Notes under the pieces: generated by a model
The model's input: the letters and a program-made list of their open reading frames with translations, nothing else
What the model was told of the DNA's origin: nothing
Databases searched by the model: none
Sequence record: MG592456.1
DNA: 64,000 nt
Reading direction: 5' to 3' (one strand)
In this document: positions 30,688 to 40,492 of the stretch, piece by piece
Layout: every line of letters begins with the position of its first letter
How positions within the stretch are numbered: the stretch's first letter is position 1
Position numbers and translations under genes: made by a program

Positions 30688-31236
30688 ATGAAACTTCAAA
30701 TCGTCTTTGCTCATGCATTTAGCAAATCCCCTCACGCCCCATTCGGCAATAAAAATTCTCTACCATGGAAGCACAATAGAAACGACTTGATGAATTTCAA
30801 GCGTATCACTGACGGTAGCGTTCTTGTAATGGGTTCTAACACGTTCAAATCTCTGCCGGGTAAGCTAGTAGGTCGACCTCACGTTGTGCTCAGTGACACG
30901 AACACAGCGGTAACAGAGAGTGGTTCTGCTGCTGATCTCTATACTTCAATGGCGATATCGGATTTAATTGAAGAGATAAAAAGTGTTTATCTCCCGCTAG
31001 GATACGATACAATAAGTGTCATCGGAGGCCCGTCAGTCATACGACAATTTCTCGACTATGCAGATTGCATATATAAAACAACAATCGTCGAGGAGATTGA
31101 ACAATATGATGTCACGATCGATTTGGCTGAGATTACTATGAAGTTCCCTTATAGGGGAACATCTGAACTTATTGACGATGGTATATCCGGAAACTCAATA
31201 ACTTATTTTGAGAAGTTAACTAAAGGTGACTTATGA
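30688..31236 (+). CDS. frd: Dihydrofolate reductase
   Basis: FGNKNSLPW, VMGSNTFKSLP, GRPHVVLS, VIGGPSV. Confidence 0.9.
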   Translation: MKLQIVFAHAFSKSPHAPFGNKNSLPWKHNRNDLMNFKRITDGSVLVMGSNTFKSLPGKLVGRPHVVLSDTNTAVTESGSAADLYTSMAISDLIEEIKSVYLPLGYDTISVIGGPSVIRQFLDYADCIYKTTIVEEIEQYDVTIDLAEITMKFPYRGTSELIDDGISGNSITYFEKLTKGDL

Positions 31237-31964
31237 TTTTTAAAAACAATATTGGCTGGTATGCGGGTCCTAATTCAGTTCGCCATGACTTCTACATCAA
31301 TGGCCCGATTTTAGAAGCTTGTGACTATAATGAAATGCTTCAAGTTTTACATACGGCTCAAGAACACGATGTGATTTACTTGCACTTGAACACCCCTGGT
31401 GGTTGTTTCATGTCTGCATGTCAGATCTGTGATGCGATTATGCAATCTAAAGCAGGTGCTGTTATAGCGTGTGCCGAAGGTGAGATTTGCAGCGCGGGTA
31501 CAATGATTTTCTTAGCATGTAATGGCTGGAATGTATCTCCATTCTCAACGTTCATGTTTCATACGTCGAGTAGTATGCAAGGCGGCAAGTTGCCAGACAG
31601 CTTAAAGTCGATTAAATCACATGAAGAGCATTTGAATCGTGTGTGTACTTTATTGTACGATCCGTTCTTTGATGCAGAAGAAGTTGACGCGATTATCAAT
31701 CACAACCAAGACTGTTGGTTGACTCCTGAAGAAGTCAATGAACGTTTAATCGCCATGACTGAAAAGCAAACTCAAGAAATGGAAGATATGGCTAAAGACG
31801 TCAAGGCTGCACAAGAGGCAGATGCCGATGCGAAGATTGAAGAAGCGGTAGCCGCACGATTGCTTGAAATGAACGACGGTGCTGGGGCCACACGCGAAGT
31901 TGATAAAGTTGACAAGAAGGCTAAGAAGCCATCTGTCAAACGAGTTCACGATTATAACGAATAA
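31233..31964 (+). CDS. ClpP-like protease subunit with C-terminal coiled-coil extension
   Basis: IYLHLNTPGG, CSAGT (Ser), FMFHT (His), QDCWLTPEE. Confidence 0.8.
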   Translation: MIFKNNIGWYAGPNSVRHDFYINGPILEACDYNEMLQVLHTAQEHDVIYLHLNTPGGCFMSACQICDAIMQSKAGAVIACAEGEICSAGTMIFLACNGWNVSPFSTFMFHTSSSMQGGKLPDSLKSIKSHEEHLNRVCTLLYDPFFDAEEVDAIINHNQDCWLTPEEVNERLIAMTEKQTQEMEDMAKDVKAAQEADADAKIEEAVAARLLEMNDGAGATREVDKVDKKAKKPSVKRVHDYNE

Positions 31965-32015
31965 CCAATTGTAGATACAAGGGGCACTTGTTGCCCCATT
32001 ATTTTAAGGTACAAC

Positions 32016-33116
32016 ATGTCAGAATTATTAAAGACGTTAAAGAAATCTAGCACATCTGGTTATGCTCATATTCTTTCTGAAAGTGAGTTCATGTACGACA
32101 AAGCCCACACTCGAACATATGTCCCAGCGATCAATATTGCATTCAGTGGTGAAGTTGATGGTGGCATGACGTCAGGGTTAACTGTTCTAGCTGGTCCATC
32201 TAAGCACTTCAAGTCCAATTTAGGGCTAGTGGGTGTTGCAGCGTATTTGAAAAAATACGAAAATGCGGTTTGTGTATTCATCGATACTGAATTCGGGATC
32301 ACACCCGCTTACTTGAAAGCTTGTGGTGTCGACCCAGCGCGTGTTCTTCATATTCAATGTGAAACCGTTGAGCGTATGAAATTCGAAATGGCAAATCAGC
32401 TTAAAGATTTAACAGCACGCAAAGCAGCTAAGAAAAAAGGCGATGAGCCCGATCGTGTTGTGTTCTTCATTGACTCGGTTGGTAACGTGGCATCTGCGAA
32501 AGAAGTCGAAGACGCTCAGAACGAATCAAGTAAAGCCGATATGACCCGCGCAAAGCAGTTGAAGTCACTTTTCCGTATCGTCACTCCGTATTTCACGATG
32601 CTTGATATCCCGTGTATTGCGATTAATCACACGTATCAAACGCAAGAAATGTACAGCAAGACAGTGATGTCGGGTGGTACAGGTATAATGTATTCAGCCG
32701 ACACCGTTATCATCTTGGGTAAGCAGCAAGAAAAAGATGGCAAAGAGATTGTAGGGTATCATTTCATCATGAATATCGAAAAGTCTCGTTTCGTCAAAGA
32801 AAAGATGAAAATTCCATTGACTGTGACATATAAAAAGGGTATCGATCCGTTTTCTGGTCTATTGGACATCGCACTTGAAACAGGTTACGTCGTCAAGCCG
32901 TCAAATGGTTGGTATCAGCGTGCGTCTGTAGATGCTGAAACGGGTGAAATGATCATCGAAGAACAGAAATATCGTGCCAAAGACACACAGTGCAATGATT
33001 TTTGGAAGCCGATTATAAATAACCCGCAATTTAAAGCGGCGGTGAAACACCAATTCTGTCTTGGTCAGATCAATGAAGATGACATGGCTAAAGAAATAGA
33101 CGATTTATTCGACTAA
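32016..33116 (+). CDS. uvsX: RecA-like recombinase UvsX
   Basis: AGPSKHFKS, FIDTEFG, FIDSVGN, INHTY, VMSGGTG. Confidence 0.95.
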   Translation: MSELLKTLKKSSTSGYAHILSESEFMYDKAHTRTYVPAINIAFSGEVDGGMTSGLTVLAGPSKHFKSNLGLVGVAAYLKKYENAVCVFIDTEFGITPAYLKACGVDPARVLHIQCETVERMKFEMANQLKDLTARKAAKKKGDEPDRVVFFIDSVGNVASAKEVEDAQNESSKADMTRAKQLKSLFRIVTPYFTMLDIPCIAINHTYQTQEMYSKTVMSGGTGIMYSADTVIILGKQQEKDGKEIVGYHFIMNIEKSRFVKEKMKIPLTVTYKKGIDPFSGLLDIALETGYVVKPSNGWYQRASVDAETGEMIIEEQKYRAKDTQCNDFWKPIINNPQFKAAVKHQFCLGQINEDDMAKEIDDLFD

Positions 33117-33126
33117 AGGACGTCAC

Positions 33127-33417
33127 ATGAACATGAATCAAGCGCAAGTCAGTGAAATGCTTCACGAATTGAAACAAGAAATCAAATTTAGCATACTTAT
33201 TGATGATGTTGAAGTTTATGTGACCGATATTATATACGATAATAGTGGTCAATTACGTGTTGAGTTTGTTTCTCAACACCCTGAGCGTGAGGCTGAAATA
33301 CGTCCTCACGTGACGGCTTGTATTATGAAACTTATTAGTGAAGAGGAACAAAAGCAATGCAAATCGAGCAGTCGATTTTCTCGAATCTTATCGAAAATCA
33401 AGAATATTTTGCGGTAG
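33127..33417 (+). CDS. 40: Head vertex assembly chaperone gp40-like
   Basis: VYVTDIIYD...LRVEF...IRPHVTACI; between uvsX and 41 as in T4. Confidence 0.65.
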   Translation: MNMNQAQVSEMLHELKQEIKFSILIDDVEVYVTDIIYDNSGQLRVEFVSQHPEREAEIRPHVTACIMKLISEEEQKQCKSSSRFSRILSKIKNILR

Positions 33418-34763
33418 TCATTCCTCATTTAAAGAAAGATTATTTTCAGTCGGCAGCGCATCAAGAAATATTCAGCATGATTAAAAACCATGCTGATGAA
33501 TATAAGCGTCGAGCGACACCTGAGGTATTAAAAGTTTGCTTAGAATCAATGAATGGTATCAGCGAATATGATTACGCCGAGATTCAGCAAACGATTGCAG
33601 CATTAGAACCACATCCGAGTCACGACTTGCGTTGGCTCATTGACGAAACTGAGAAATTTTGTGTTGAGCAAAGTGTATTTAACGCACTTAGCGAAGCACT
33701 CGAAATTCAAGAAAACGCATCGAAGCCATTAGATCAACGCAATAAACGTGTCAAGGCAATTGGTGCAATTCCTGACATCATGCGCGATGCGCTTGGTGTT
33801 TGTTTTGACACGTCAGTTGGTCATGATTACTTTGCAGACTGGGAGCCACGATATAAATCTTATATCGAAAAGGCTGCTAAAATACCATTCAAGATGAACA
33901 TACTCAACAAGATCACTCAGGGTGGTGTTGAGAGAAGTACACTTAATCTATTACTTGCTGGCTCAAACGTCGGTAAGTCACTTGCTTTATGTCATCTAGC
34001 GACTGAATATCTTCTACAGGGATATAACGTCTTGTATATCAGTTTGGAAATGAGTGAAGGCGCTGTTTCGAAGCGTATTGATGCCAACTTAATGGACATC
34101 AGCATGGACGACTTCGACACGATCACTGAGAAGACATACGGTAGTAAAATTCAAAATCTTGAGAAGAAAACTCAAGGTAAGTTATTTATTAAGCAGTTCC
34201 CTACGGCAGGTGCTAACGCTACTCACTTCAATACATTGATGAATGAGCTACGAACTAAAAAAGAAGTAATCCCTGATGTAGTAATTGTCGATTATCTAGG
34301 TATTTGTGCAAGTTCTCGTGTTGCCAGTTCTGAAAACACGTACGTTCACGTTAAAGCTATTGCAGAAGAAATTCGTGGATTTGCTGTAGAACATAACGTT
34401 GCTGTTTGGTCTGCTGCACAGACTACACGTAGCGCGTGGGATGCATCTGACATGGGCATGGGTGACATTGCTGAATCAGCGGGTCTAGCTCACACGGCAG
34501 ATTTAATTCTAGGTATCATGGAAACAGAAGAAACGGTTGCACTCGGTCAACAACGTGTTAAACAAATCAAATCACGTTATGCCGACCGTAATCAAGATCA
34601 GTCATTCATGATTGCAGTTCACAAAGGTAAACAACGATGGGGTGATGTAGATGGAACAGCAAGCTACGACGCAGCCGCAACGGTTCAGAACAGATCCGCG
34701 TCGCCGTTCAATCAAAAGAAAGATTCGCCGTCTGATGACTCGCCGAGGAAAGTGAATTGGTAG
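33357..34763 (+). CDS. 41: Replicative DNA helicase
   Basis: AGSNVGKS, ISLEMSE, IVDYLGIC, SAAQTTR, AHTAD. Confidence 0.96.
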   Translation: MQIEQSIFSNLIENQEYFAVVIPHLKKDYFQSAAHQEIFSMIKNHADEYKRRATPEVLKVCLESMNGISEYDYAEIQQTIAALEPHPSHDLRWLIDETEKFCVEQSVFNALSEALEIQENASKPLDQRNKRVKAIGAIPDIMRDALGVCFDTSVGHDYFADWEPRYKSYIEKAAKIPFKMNILNKITQGGVERSTLNLLLAGSNVGKSLALCHLATEYLLQGYNVLYISLEMSEGAVSKRIDANLMDISMDDFDTITEKTYGSKIQNLEKKTQGKLFIKQFPTAGANATHFNTLMNELRTKKEVIPDVVIVDYLGICASSRVASSENTYVHVKAIAEEIRGFAVEHNVAVWSAAQTTRSAWDASDMGMGDIAESAGLAHTADLILGIMETEETVALGQQRVKQIKSRYADRNQDQSFMIAVHKGKQRWGDVDGTASYDAAATVQNRSASPFNQKKDSPSDDSPRKVNW

Positions 34764-35002
34764 AGATCATAGGGTCAAAGTATTGCTTGGCGTGTACTAG
34801 AGTATGCGCCACCTTACAAAAACGAAACATAACATATAAGTTCTATGACGCATTTCGCAAAGACGAACGATACGACTATCTCCAGAAGATAGCTGAAGAT
34901 GATGGCTATACATCCCATCCAATCGCGTTTTACAACGAAGAGTGTCTTGGATCTGGATTCAGTGTTCTCAACAGCATTGATAAAAAACTTGCAGAGGAAT
35001 AA
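34757..35002 (+). CDS. Glutaredoxin-like protein
   Basis: CLAC CxxC near the N-terminus, SHP cis-Pro region; precedes nrdD. Confidence 0.7.
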   Translation: MVEIIGSKYCLACTRVCATLQKRNITYKFYDAFRKDERYDYLQKIAEDDGYTSHPIAFYNEECLGSGFSVLNSIDKKLAEE

Positions 35003-36835
35003 ATGAAAGAAGAAATTTTAGACATCGTTAGCGGATCTGGATCGAATAAAGAAAACGCAAACAAAGATTCGAAGGTCATCCCAACAATGCGTGATCTCGT
35101 AGCTGGTGTGACATCTAAAGAATATGCTCTTACTGAACTATTACCGGAGAAAATTGCCGCTGCGCATATCGACGGTGATATTCACTTTCATGATCTTGAC
35201 TATAGCCCTTTGTTCCCACAGTTCAATTGTATGCTTATCGATGTAAAAGGTATGCTGACATCTGGGTTTAAGATGGGTAATGCTGAAATTACTGAGCCGA
35301 ATAGCATCACAACTGCTGCTACCGTCGTGACTCAAATCATTCAACAGGTAAGCAGTCATATCTACGGCGGCAACACAGTGAGTCGAATTGACGAAGTACT
35401 TGCTCCGTATGTAAGAAAGTCATATTACAAATGGCTTGAAATTGGTCGAGAAGAACATCCGCACTCTGATTCGAAAGCCGCTATTTTTGCTCGTAAACGA
35501 GTCGAGAAAGAGACTTACGACGCATTCCAGACATTTGAGTATCAAGTCAATACAATGCAGACTAGCAACGGTCAGACGCCATTCACGACTATTAACTTCG
35601 GGTTAGGTACGTCGTGGGAAGAAAAACTGATTCAGACTTGTATCTTGCAGAATCGCATAGCCGGTCTTGGTAAGACTCGCAAGACAGCAATCTTCCCTAA
35701 GTTGGTATATACATTGCGCGATGGCGTTAATATGCATGAGGGTGACCCGTGTTACGGCATCAAGAAACTTGCGCTTGAATGTGCAACGAAACGCATGTAT
35801 CCTGATGTATTGAATTACGAACGTTTAGTTGAAACCACTGGTGGATTTAAGCCGCCTATGGGTTGTCGCTCATTCTTAGGCGACTGGAAAAATGAAAGCG
35901 GTGACTCTGTATTCGATGGTCGAAATAACTTAGGTGTTGTTAGCTTAAACATCCCGCGAATTGCAATTGAATCAGCGGGTGACATGGAACGGTTCTTTGA
36001 AATCCTGCACGAGCGATGTGAACTAGCGTTTGAAGCTCTCATGATTCGCATACGACGATTTGACACAGTCACTGCATCAGTTGCACCGATTCTGTATTGC
36101 GAAGGCGCTATGGGCGTTCGATTGAAGCCTACCGATCTTGTAAGTGAAGTCTTTAAAGATGGTCGAGCAAGTATCTCACTCGGTTACATTGGGTTGCATG
36201 AAGCGGTTACATTACTGTCTAACGATGAAGCTCATACTTTTGATTCACACCATAAACAGTTCTTAGCTGAAAAGATTGTTGAGACGTTACGCAAGTACAC
36301 TGACGCATGGAAAGAAGCAACGGGTTATGGGTTCAGTTTATACAGCACGCCAAGTGAGTCGCTGTGTGATAGATTCTGCCGCCTTGATCAAGAGAAGTAC
36401 GGTATCATTACTGGCATCAACGATAAAGATTATTACACGAACTCGTTTCATCTTGACGTTTACAAGAAAGTAAATCCGTTCGAGAAGATTGACTTTGAAG
36501 CTAAATACCCGCATTTCGCAACAGGTGGTTTCATTTGTTACGCTGAATTCCCGAATATGCGCGACAATATCAAAGGTCTTGAGCGTGTTTGGGACTATTC
36601 GCACGACCATGTTGCTTATTTCGGGACTAATACACCGATTGATCAATGCACATGTGGTTGGACGGGTGAAGCTCACATTGATTCAGAAGGCTATGCATGT
36701 CCCGTCTGCGGACAGCGAGATCCAGAGAAGTTGCATGTTACTCGACGTGTTTGTGGATATCTAGGGAATCCCGGCTCTCGTGGCTGGAATCACGGCAAGA
36801 CAGTTGAAATGAAGAACAGAGTTAAACATCAATAG
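35003..36835 (+). CDS. nrdD: Anaerobic ribonucleotide reductase (class III)
   Basis: DIHFHDLDY, FNCMLID, PMGCRSFL, STPSESLC, YYTNSFH, RRVCGYL glycyl radical motif; no intron. Confidence 0.97.
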   Translation: MKEEILDIVSGSGSNKENANKDSKVIPTMRDLVAGVTSKEYALTELLPEKIAAAHIDGDIHFHDLDYSPLFPQFNCMLIDVKGMLTSGFKMGNAEITEPNSITTAATVVTQIIQQVSSHIYGGNTVSRIDEVLAPYVRKSYYKWLEIGREEHPHSDSKAAIFARKRVEKETYDAFQTFEYQVNTMQTSNGQTPFTTINFGLGTSWEEKLIQTCILQNRIAGLGKTRKTAIFPKLVYTLRDGVNMHEGDPCYGIKKLALECATKRMYPDVLNYERLVETTGGFKPPMGCRSFLGDWKNESGDSVFDGRNNLGVVSLNIPRIAIESAGDMERFFEILHERCELAFEALMIRIRRFDTVTASVAPILYCEGAMGVRLKPTDLVSEVFKDGRASISLGYIGLHEAVTLLSNDEAHTFDSHHKQFLAEKIVETLRKYTDAWKEATGYGFSLYSTPSESLCDRFCRLDQEKYGIITGINDKDYYTNSFHLDVYKKVNPFEKIDFEAKYPHFATGGFICYAEFPNMRDNIKGLERVWDYSHDHVAYFGTNTPIDQCTCGWTGEAHIDSEGYACPVCGQRDPEKLHVTRRVCGYLGNPGSRGWNHGKTVEMKNRVKHQ

Positions 36836-36839
36836 CGAT

Positions 36840-36847
36840 TATAAATA
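36840..36847 (+). promoter_or_regulatory. Late promoter TATAAATA for the 36873 gene
   Basis: Exact consensus, 25 bp before the ATG, AGGA RBS. Confidence 0.8.
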
Positions 36848-36872
36848 AAGATTTATAGCATTAGGAATAAAC

Positions 36873-37526
36873 ATGTATAGTTTTTCTGAATTCATAAATC
36901 TTGCGGAATCGGATTACATGGGCTCACATCGAGCCCCGGGGCCACCGCACGCCGCACGACTTGATGACTTGACTAAAGGGGATTTCAGCTACCCAGACGA
37001 TATCTACGGCCCTGACGCCACACGATACTATGCCACCGGGTCTAGTCGTGCGGACTCTGAAAGTATGGCAGTTATCCGCGCATCGCGAGATTCACCGAAC
37101 TCAAAGGTTGTGATATATCGAGCAGTTCCAGATTACGACCATGATGTTCGCTCGGAGTTGAAGAAAATCAATTCTTATATTTCATCATATAATCGTTATG
37201 GGTTCTTCGATGATGATGATTATATGGACTCGCTGTACAATAAGTTTGTTAGCGAGTTGGGTCAACGACATATTGCCGTTCAGGATGCAATGATTGCATA
37301 CTTGAATGACAAAAGTGATGAATTGTCATCGAACATGAATAGTGAGAAGCTTACAATCAATTCAGGGGATTGGGTTTCTCTTAGCAAATCATATGCGATC
37401 GAGCATGGTCGAAGTAACCTCGACGGAAAGTACAAAATCATCCAAAAAAAGGTTTATGTCAAGGAACTATTCACTGACGGTGACTCGATTAATGAGTTCG
37501 GTTGGTGGAAAGGCGGTCGACGTTAA
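36873..37526 (+). CDS. Putative ADP-ribosyltransferase-fold protein with a capsid-targeting-like leader
   Basis: MYSFSEFINLAES leader; IYRAVP / GDWVSLSKSYA / SINEFG in R-S-E order. Confidence 0.45.
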   Translation: MYSFSEFINLAESDYMGSHRAPGPPHAARLDDLTKGDFSYPDDIYGPDATRYYATGSSRADSESMAVIRASRDSPNSKVVIYRAVPDYDHDVRSELKKINSYISSYNRYGFFDDDDYMDSLYNKFVSELGQRHIAVQDAMIAYLNDKSDELSSNMNSEKLTINSGDWVSLSKSYAIEHGRSNLDGKYKIIQKKVYVKELFTDGDSINEFGWWKGGRR

Positions 37527-37538
37527 ACACTCATAAAG

Positions 37539-37561
37539 AAAGCGCCTTCGGGCGCTTTTTT
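37539..37561 (+). terminator. Intrinsic terminator
   Basis: GCGCC-ttcg-GGCGC T-run. Confidence 0.9.
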
Positions 37562-37564
37562 CGT

Positions 37565-37593
37565 TTTACAACCTAGAAAAGTTATGATACGAT
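37565..37593 (+). promoter_or_regulatory. Sigma70 early promoter TTTACA-17-TACGAT (extended -10)
   Basis: 17-bp spacing plus TG motif. Confidence 0.7.
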
Positions 37594-37620
37594 GCGTTTT
37601 ACATTAACTTGGAGAACGAC

Positions 37621-37881
37621 ATGAAAACATTTATCATTAGGGCAGTGTGCATTGCAGTTATTCTTGGAAGCCCTATTGCGATGCTAGCAATGAAACCCGA
37701 CGCTGTGCCATTAGACTTCGACGCGACTGAAATTTCATACCCGAGCAGTCATTCTCTTTATCCTAAAACATGTCTAGATGGTATATTGTACTATCAGATG
37801 TATCGTGGTGGTGCTGCCGTCATTGATAAAGACACACTGACTTATATTCGATGCGAGGATCCGCGAAATGTCATTTTATAA
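37621..37881 (+). CDS. Hypothetical membrane/exported protein
   Basis: N-terminal hydrophobic helix, two Cys; GGAG RBS. Confidence 0.6.
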   Translation: MKTFIIRAVCIAVILGSPIAMLAMKPDAVPLDFDATEISYPSSHSLYPKTCLDGILYYQMYRGGAAVIDKDTLTYIRCEDPRNVIL

Positions 37882-38083
37882 TCAAACGACTGAGAATCGA
37901 CGTGCTGTACTCAAAAAGATTACAGACGTTCTCGATTCAGCCAATGTGACTGACGAAGAACGCATCTTCGCACTTAAAGAATTAGCAATGGTGGACGATT
38001 TGTTGATGAAGTCATTTGTGAATTATACATTCGAAATGAGACAAGGTCCAGTCTATAAACGAGTGCGCATCAAAAAAGATTGA
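37868..38083 (+). CDS. Hypothetical protein
   Basis: 71 aa, coupled to the upstream gene. Confidence 0.55.
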   Translation: MSFYNQTTENRRAVLKKITDVLDSANVTDEERIFALKELAMVDDLLMKSFVNYTFEMRQGPVYKRVRIKKD

Positions 38084-38092
38084 ATAAAACGG

Positions 38093-38121
38093 TTTACAAA
38101 CTACATCACCAAGCGTAATAT
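38093..38121 (+). promoter_or_regulatory. Sigma70 early promoter TTTACA-17-TAATAT
   Basis: 17-bp spacing; followed by the ATCGAAAC leader. Confidence 0.7.
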
Positions 38122-38155
38122 GAACTTATCGAAACGACTAACGAAAGAGAATATT

Positions 38156-38653
38156 ATGACTTTATTAAACATCAAGCAAATCGCTGAACAAATTAAAGAA
38201 ACTGTTCGCCCTGCGTACATGAAGAATGCAGAAGCCAAAGCAAACTGGATTCATAACATTCGCACGATAAGACAGTCTCCTGAGTTTAAAGCATTCACGG
38301 ATGAGTACCAACGTTACGGTCATCTTTTTGGACTGGGTTACGGCAAAGGTCACATCGATTTAGCTCGTTCATATAGTCTTGACGATTTGATTGCGAAAAT
38401 GCAGAAAGACGCTGAAATGGCTCTTGGTAAAATCGAGATTGCTGTCATGAAGAAAGCAAGCAAACTTGACGTTGCTGCTGTTGAACTAATCGAGATTGGT
38501 GATTCATGGGATGAGTTCATCGAAGGATCGTGGAAACTAACTGTATCAAGTGGTCAAACTTGTGTGCTGTCATTCTCTACGCTTCTGGCGGGTGGTTATA
38601 ACATTCAATGCTTGCACGTCCGTACCAAATATAAACTTTCAAAGTTGAAATAA
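38156..38653 (+). CDS. Hypothetical early protein
   Basis: Start in the recurrent GAGAATATTATG context; ends GGYNIQCLHVRT. Confidence 0.6.
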   Translation: MTLLNIKQIAEQIKETVRPAYMKNAEAKANWIHNIRTIRQSPEFKAFTDEYQRYGHLFGLGYGKGHIDLARSYSLDDLIAKMQKDAEMALGKIEIAVMKKASKLDVAAVELIEIGDSWDEFIEGSWKLTVSSGQTCVLSFSTLLAGGYNIQCLHVRTKYKLSKLK

Positions 38654-38662
38654 GAGGGTAGT

Positions 38663-39253
38663 ATGTACATTAAAACAATTTCTAAAAAGCAAGTTGCAAA
38701 GCCAGTCGAGCTTAAAAGTGGCTCTCTTGTTCGAGTATACGTCCGGGGCCAACAATATCTCGCTGGGTTATTTGTGTGGAATGGCGCATCGAATTCTAGT
38801 GTGATTTATGACATTGTCAACGATACGGCATGGGTCATAGACACCGCAACGTGTAGACTTATGTCGCATGACGTCGAGATCCCGTACACTCGATTTGAAG
38901 AACAGCTTACTTGTTCTGAGCTATACACAGACGAGAAAACAAACAATCTGATGTATAACTCTGATGAAGTTGAAGAGGTAGTTGTGTATGAGCCACTAAA
39001 GCGCGGTGATGTGATACCCGTAGAATTAAATTTCAACCCTGTGAACGCGATTGTTCTGCACGCATCGAAGCAACACTTGGCAATTGTTGCAGACGGCACC
39101 CCATTCGTATTCAATGTCATAGACGTACGATGCGGTCGTTTTTGCAATGTAGATGATCGCCCACTGGGAGGCATTCTTAAACAATGTAGTCTTCCAGCGA
39201 ACATCGTCGTTAATAAAGAGAATCAATCCACGAGTGAATTACAAGACAATTAA
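38663..39253 (+). CDS. Hypothetical protein
   Basis: 196 aa, GAGG RBS. Confidence 0.6.
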   Translation: MYIKTISKKQVAKPVELKSGSLVRVYVRGQQYLAGLFVWNGASNSSVIYDIVNDTAWVIDTATCRLMSHDVEIPYTRFEEQLTCSELYTDEKTNNLMYNSDEVEEVVVYEPLKRGDVIPVELNFNPVNAIVLHASKQHLAIVADGTPFVFNVIDVRCGRFCNVDDRPLGGILKQCSLPANIVVNKENQSTSELQDN

Positions 39254-39707
39254 TGAATGTGATTTAGCCAATGGCGAAGGTGTTCGATTGAGCATCTTCG
39301 TTTCGGGCTGCAATCACGAATGTGCGGGCTGCTACAATGAATCGACGTGGGACGTGAGCGATGGTATCGAATTCACATCAAACACGCTTAGAGACGTTCT
39401 AGTGAGCTTAGAAGCGCACGACGGGCTGTCTTTATCAGGCGGCGATCCCTTACACCCAGCAAACCGCGAAACAATCTTGAATATCTGCAAATCAGCTAAA
39501 GAAAAATATCCCGAAAAGGACATTTGGCTGTGGAGTGGGTACAAATTGAGTTCTGTTTATCATTTAGAGATTATGAATTATATTGATGTCTTCATCGACG
39601 GTCGATATAAGCGTCATCAGCCGACCATGAAAGCATGGCGTGGTAGTGATAATCAGATCATGTATACTAAAGTCGATGGTGAATTGGTGAATCATGATAA
39701 GAAATGA
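39234..39707 (+). CDS. nrdG: Anaerobic RNR activase (radical SAM)
   Basis: GTG start giving MNYKTINECDLANGEGVR; CNHECAGC; SGGDPL; IDGRY; WRGSDNQ. Confidence 0.95.
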   Translation: MNYKTINECDLANGEGVRLSIFVSGCNHECAGCYNESTWDVSDGIEFTSNTLRDVLVSLEAHDGLSLSGGDPLHPANRETILNICKSAKEKYPEKDIWLWSGYKLSSVYHLEIMNYIDVFIDGRYKRHQPTMKAWRGSDNQIMYTKVDGELVNHDKK

Positions 39708-39906
39708 GAGCACACCTGAAACATGCGGAAAGACATACATCGAACAGATGCCACAATCTCGTGGGTGGTCGTTTTATCATCATACGTGGGGTGACGCGAC
39801 GGGGTTTTATGTTCGTTTGTACACGTTTCATAAAACTAAGATTTCGATGGTACTATCTCAGTATATCGGGATTACAGATATTTTTATTTTAGGGAGACAA
39901 CAATGA
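39694..39906 (+). CDS. Hypothetical protein
   Basis: 70 aa, coupled to both neighbours. Confidence 0.45.
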   Translation: MIRNESTPETCGKTYIEQMPQSRGWSFYHHTWGDATGFYVRLYTFHKTKISMVLSQYIGITDIFILGRQQ

Positions 39907-40427
39907 GTTGTGTTTGGTTTACAAGTGACTTGCATCTAGGTCACAGAAATATTGGTAAGTATCGTGATGGTGTCGTCGACACTCAAGGCAATACAGATTG
40001 GATTGTCAATTTCTGGAAAGCAAATGTCAAGAAGCGTGATGTTGTAATCATGCTCGGCGATACTGCATTCACTGAAGAAGCAATCGACATTTTAGCGACA
40101 TTACCTGGGATTAAGCGGCAATATGGCGGCAATCACGACGATTTACCCGTTGCAAGCTACTTGCGTGCAGTCGATAACGTGCGTGGATGTGAGAAATTTC
40201 GTCAACTTGGTTGGCTAAGTCACTTCCCTCTTCATCCCGAAGAGCTTCGCGGTCAGTTTAGTATTCACGGTCATGTGCATTACAGCACAATTCCCGACTG
40301 GCGTTATGTGAATGTGTGCTGTGACAACTTGCAGCGCAACATTGGTCAGCCAATGATCACGCTTGACAACTTGAGAAAGTTGCTTGAAGTGCGTCGAACT
40401 ACTCAAGAAGTAAGCTACGACTACTAA
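39903..40427 (+). CDS. Calcineurin-like metallophosphoesterase
   Basis: SDLHLGH, LGD, GNHD, HGHVH. Confidence 0.88.
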   Translation: MSCVWFTSDLHLGHRNIGKYRDGVVDTQGNTDWIVNFWKANVKKRDVVIMLGDTAFTEEAIDILATLPGIKRQYGGNHDDLPVASYLRAVDNVRGCEKFRQLGWLSHFPLHPEELRGQFSIHGHVHYSTIPDWRYVNVCCDNLQRNIGQPMITLDNLRKLLEVRRTTQEVSYDY

Positions 40428-40492
40428 AATCGTGCATCTATCTGTGTGAACATCTAAATACAAGCATGTATTATTGATGGTGTTCATACACG

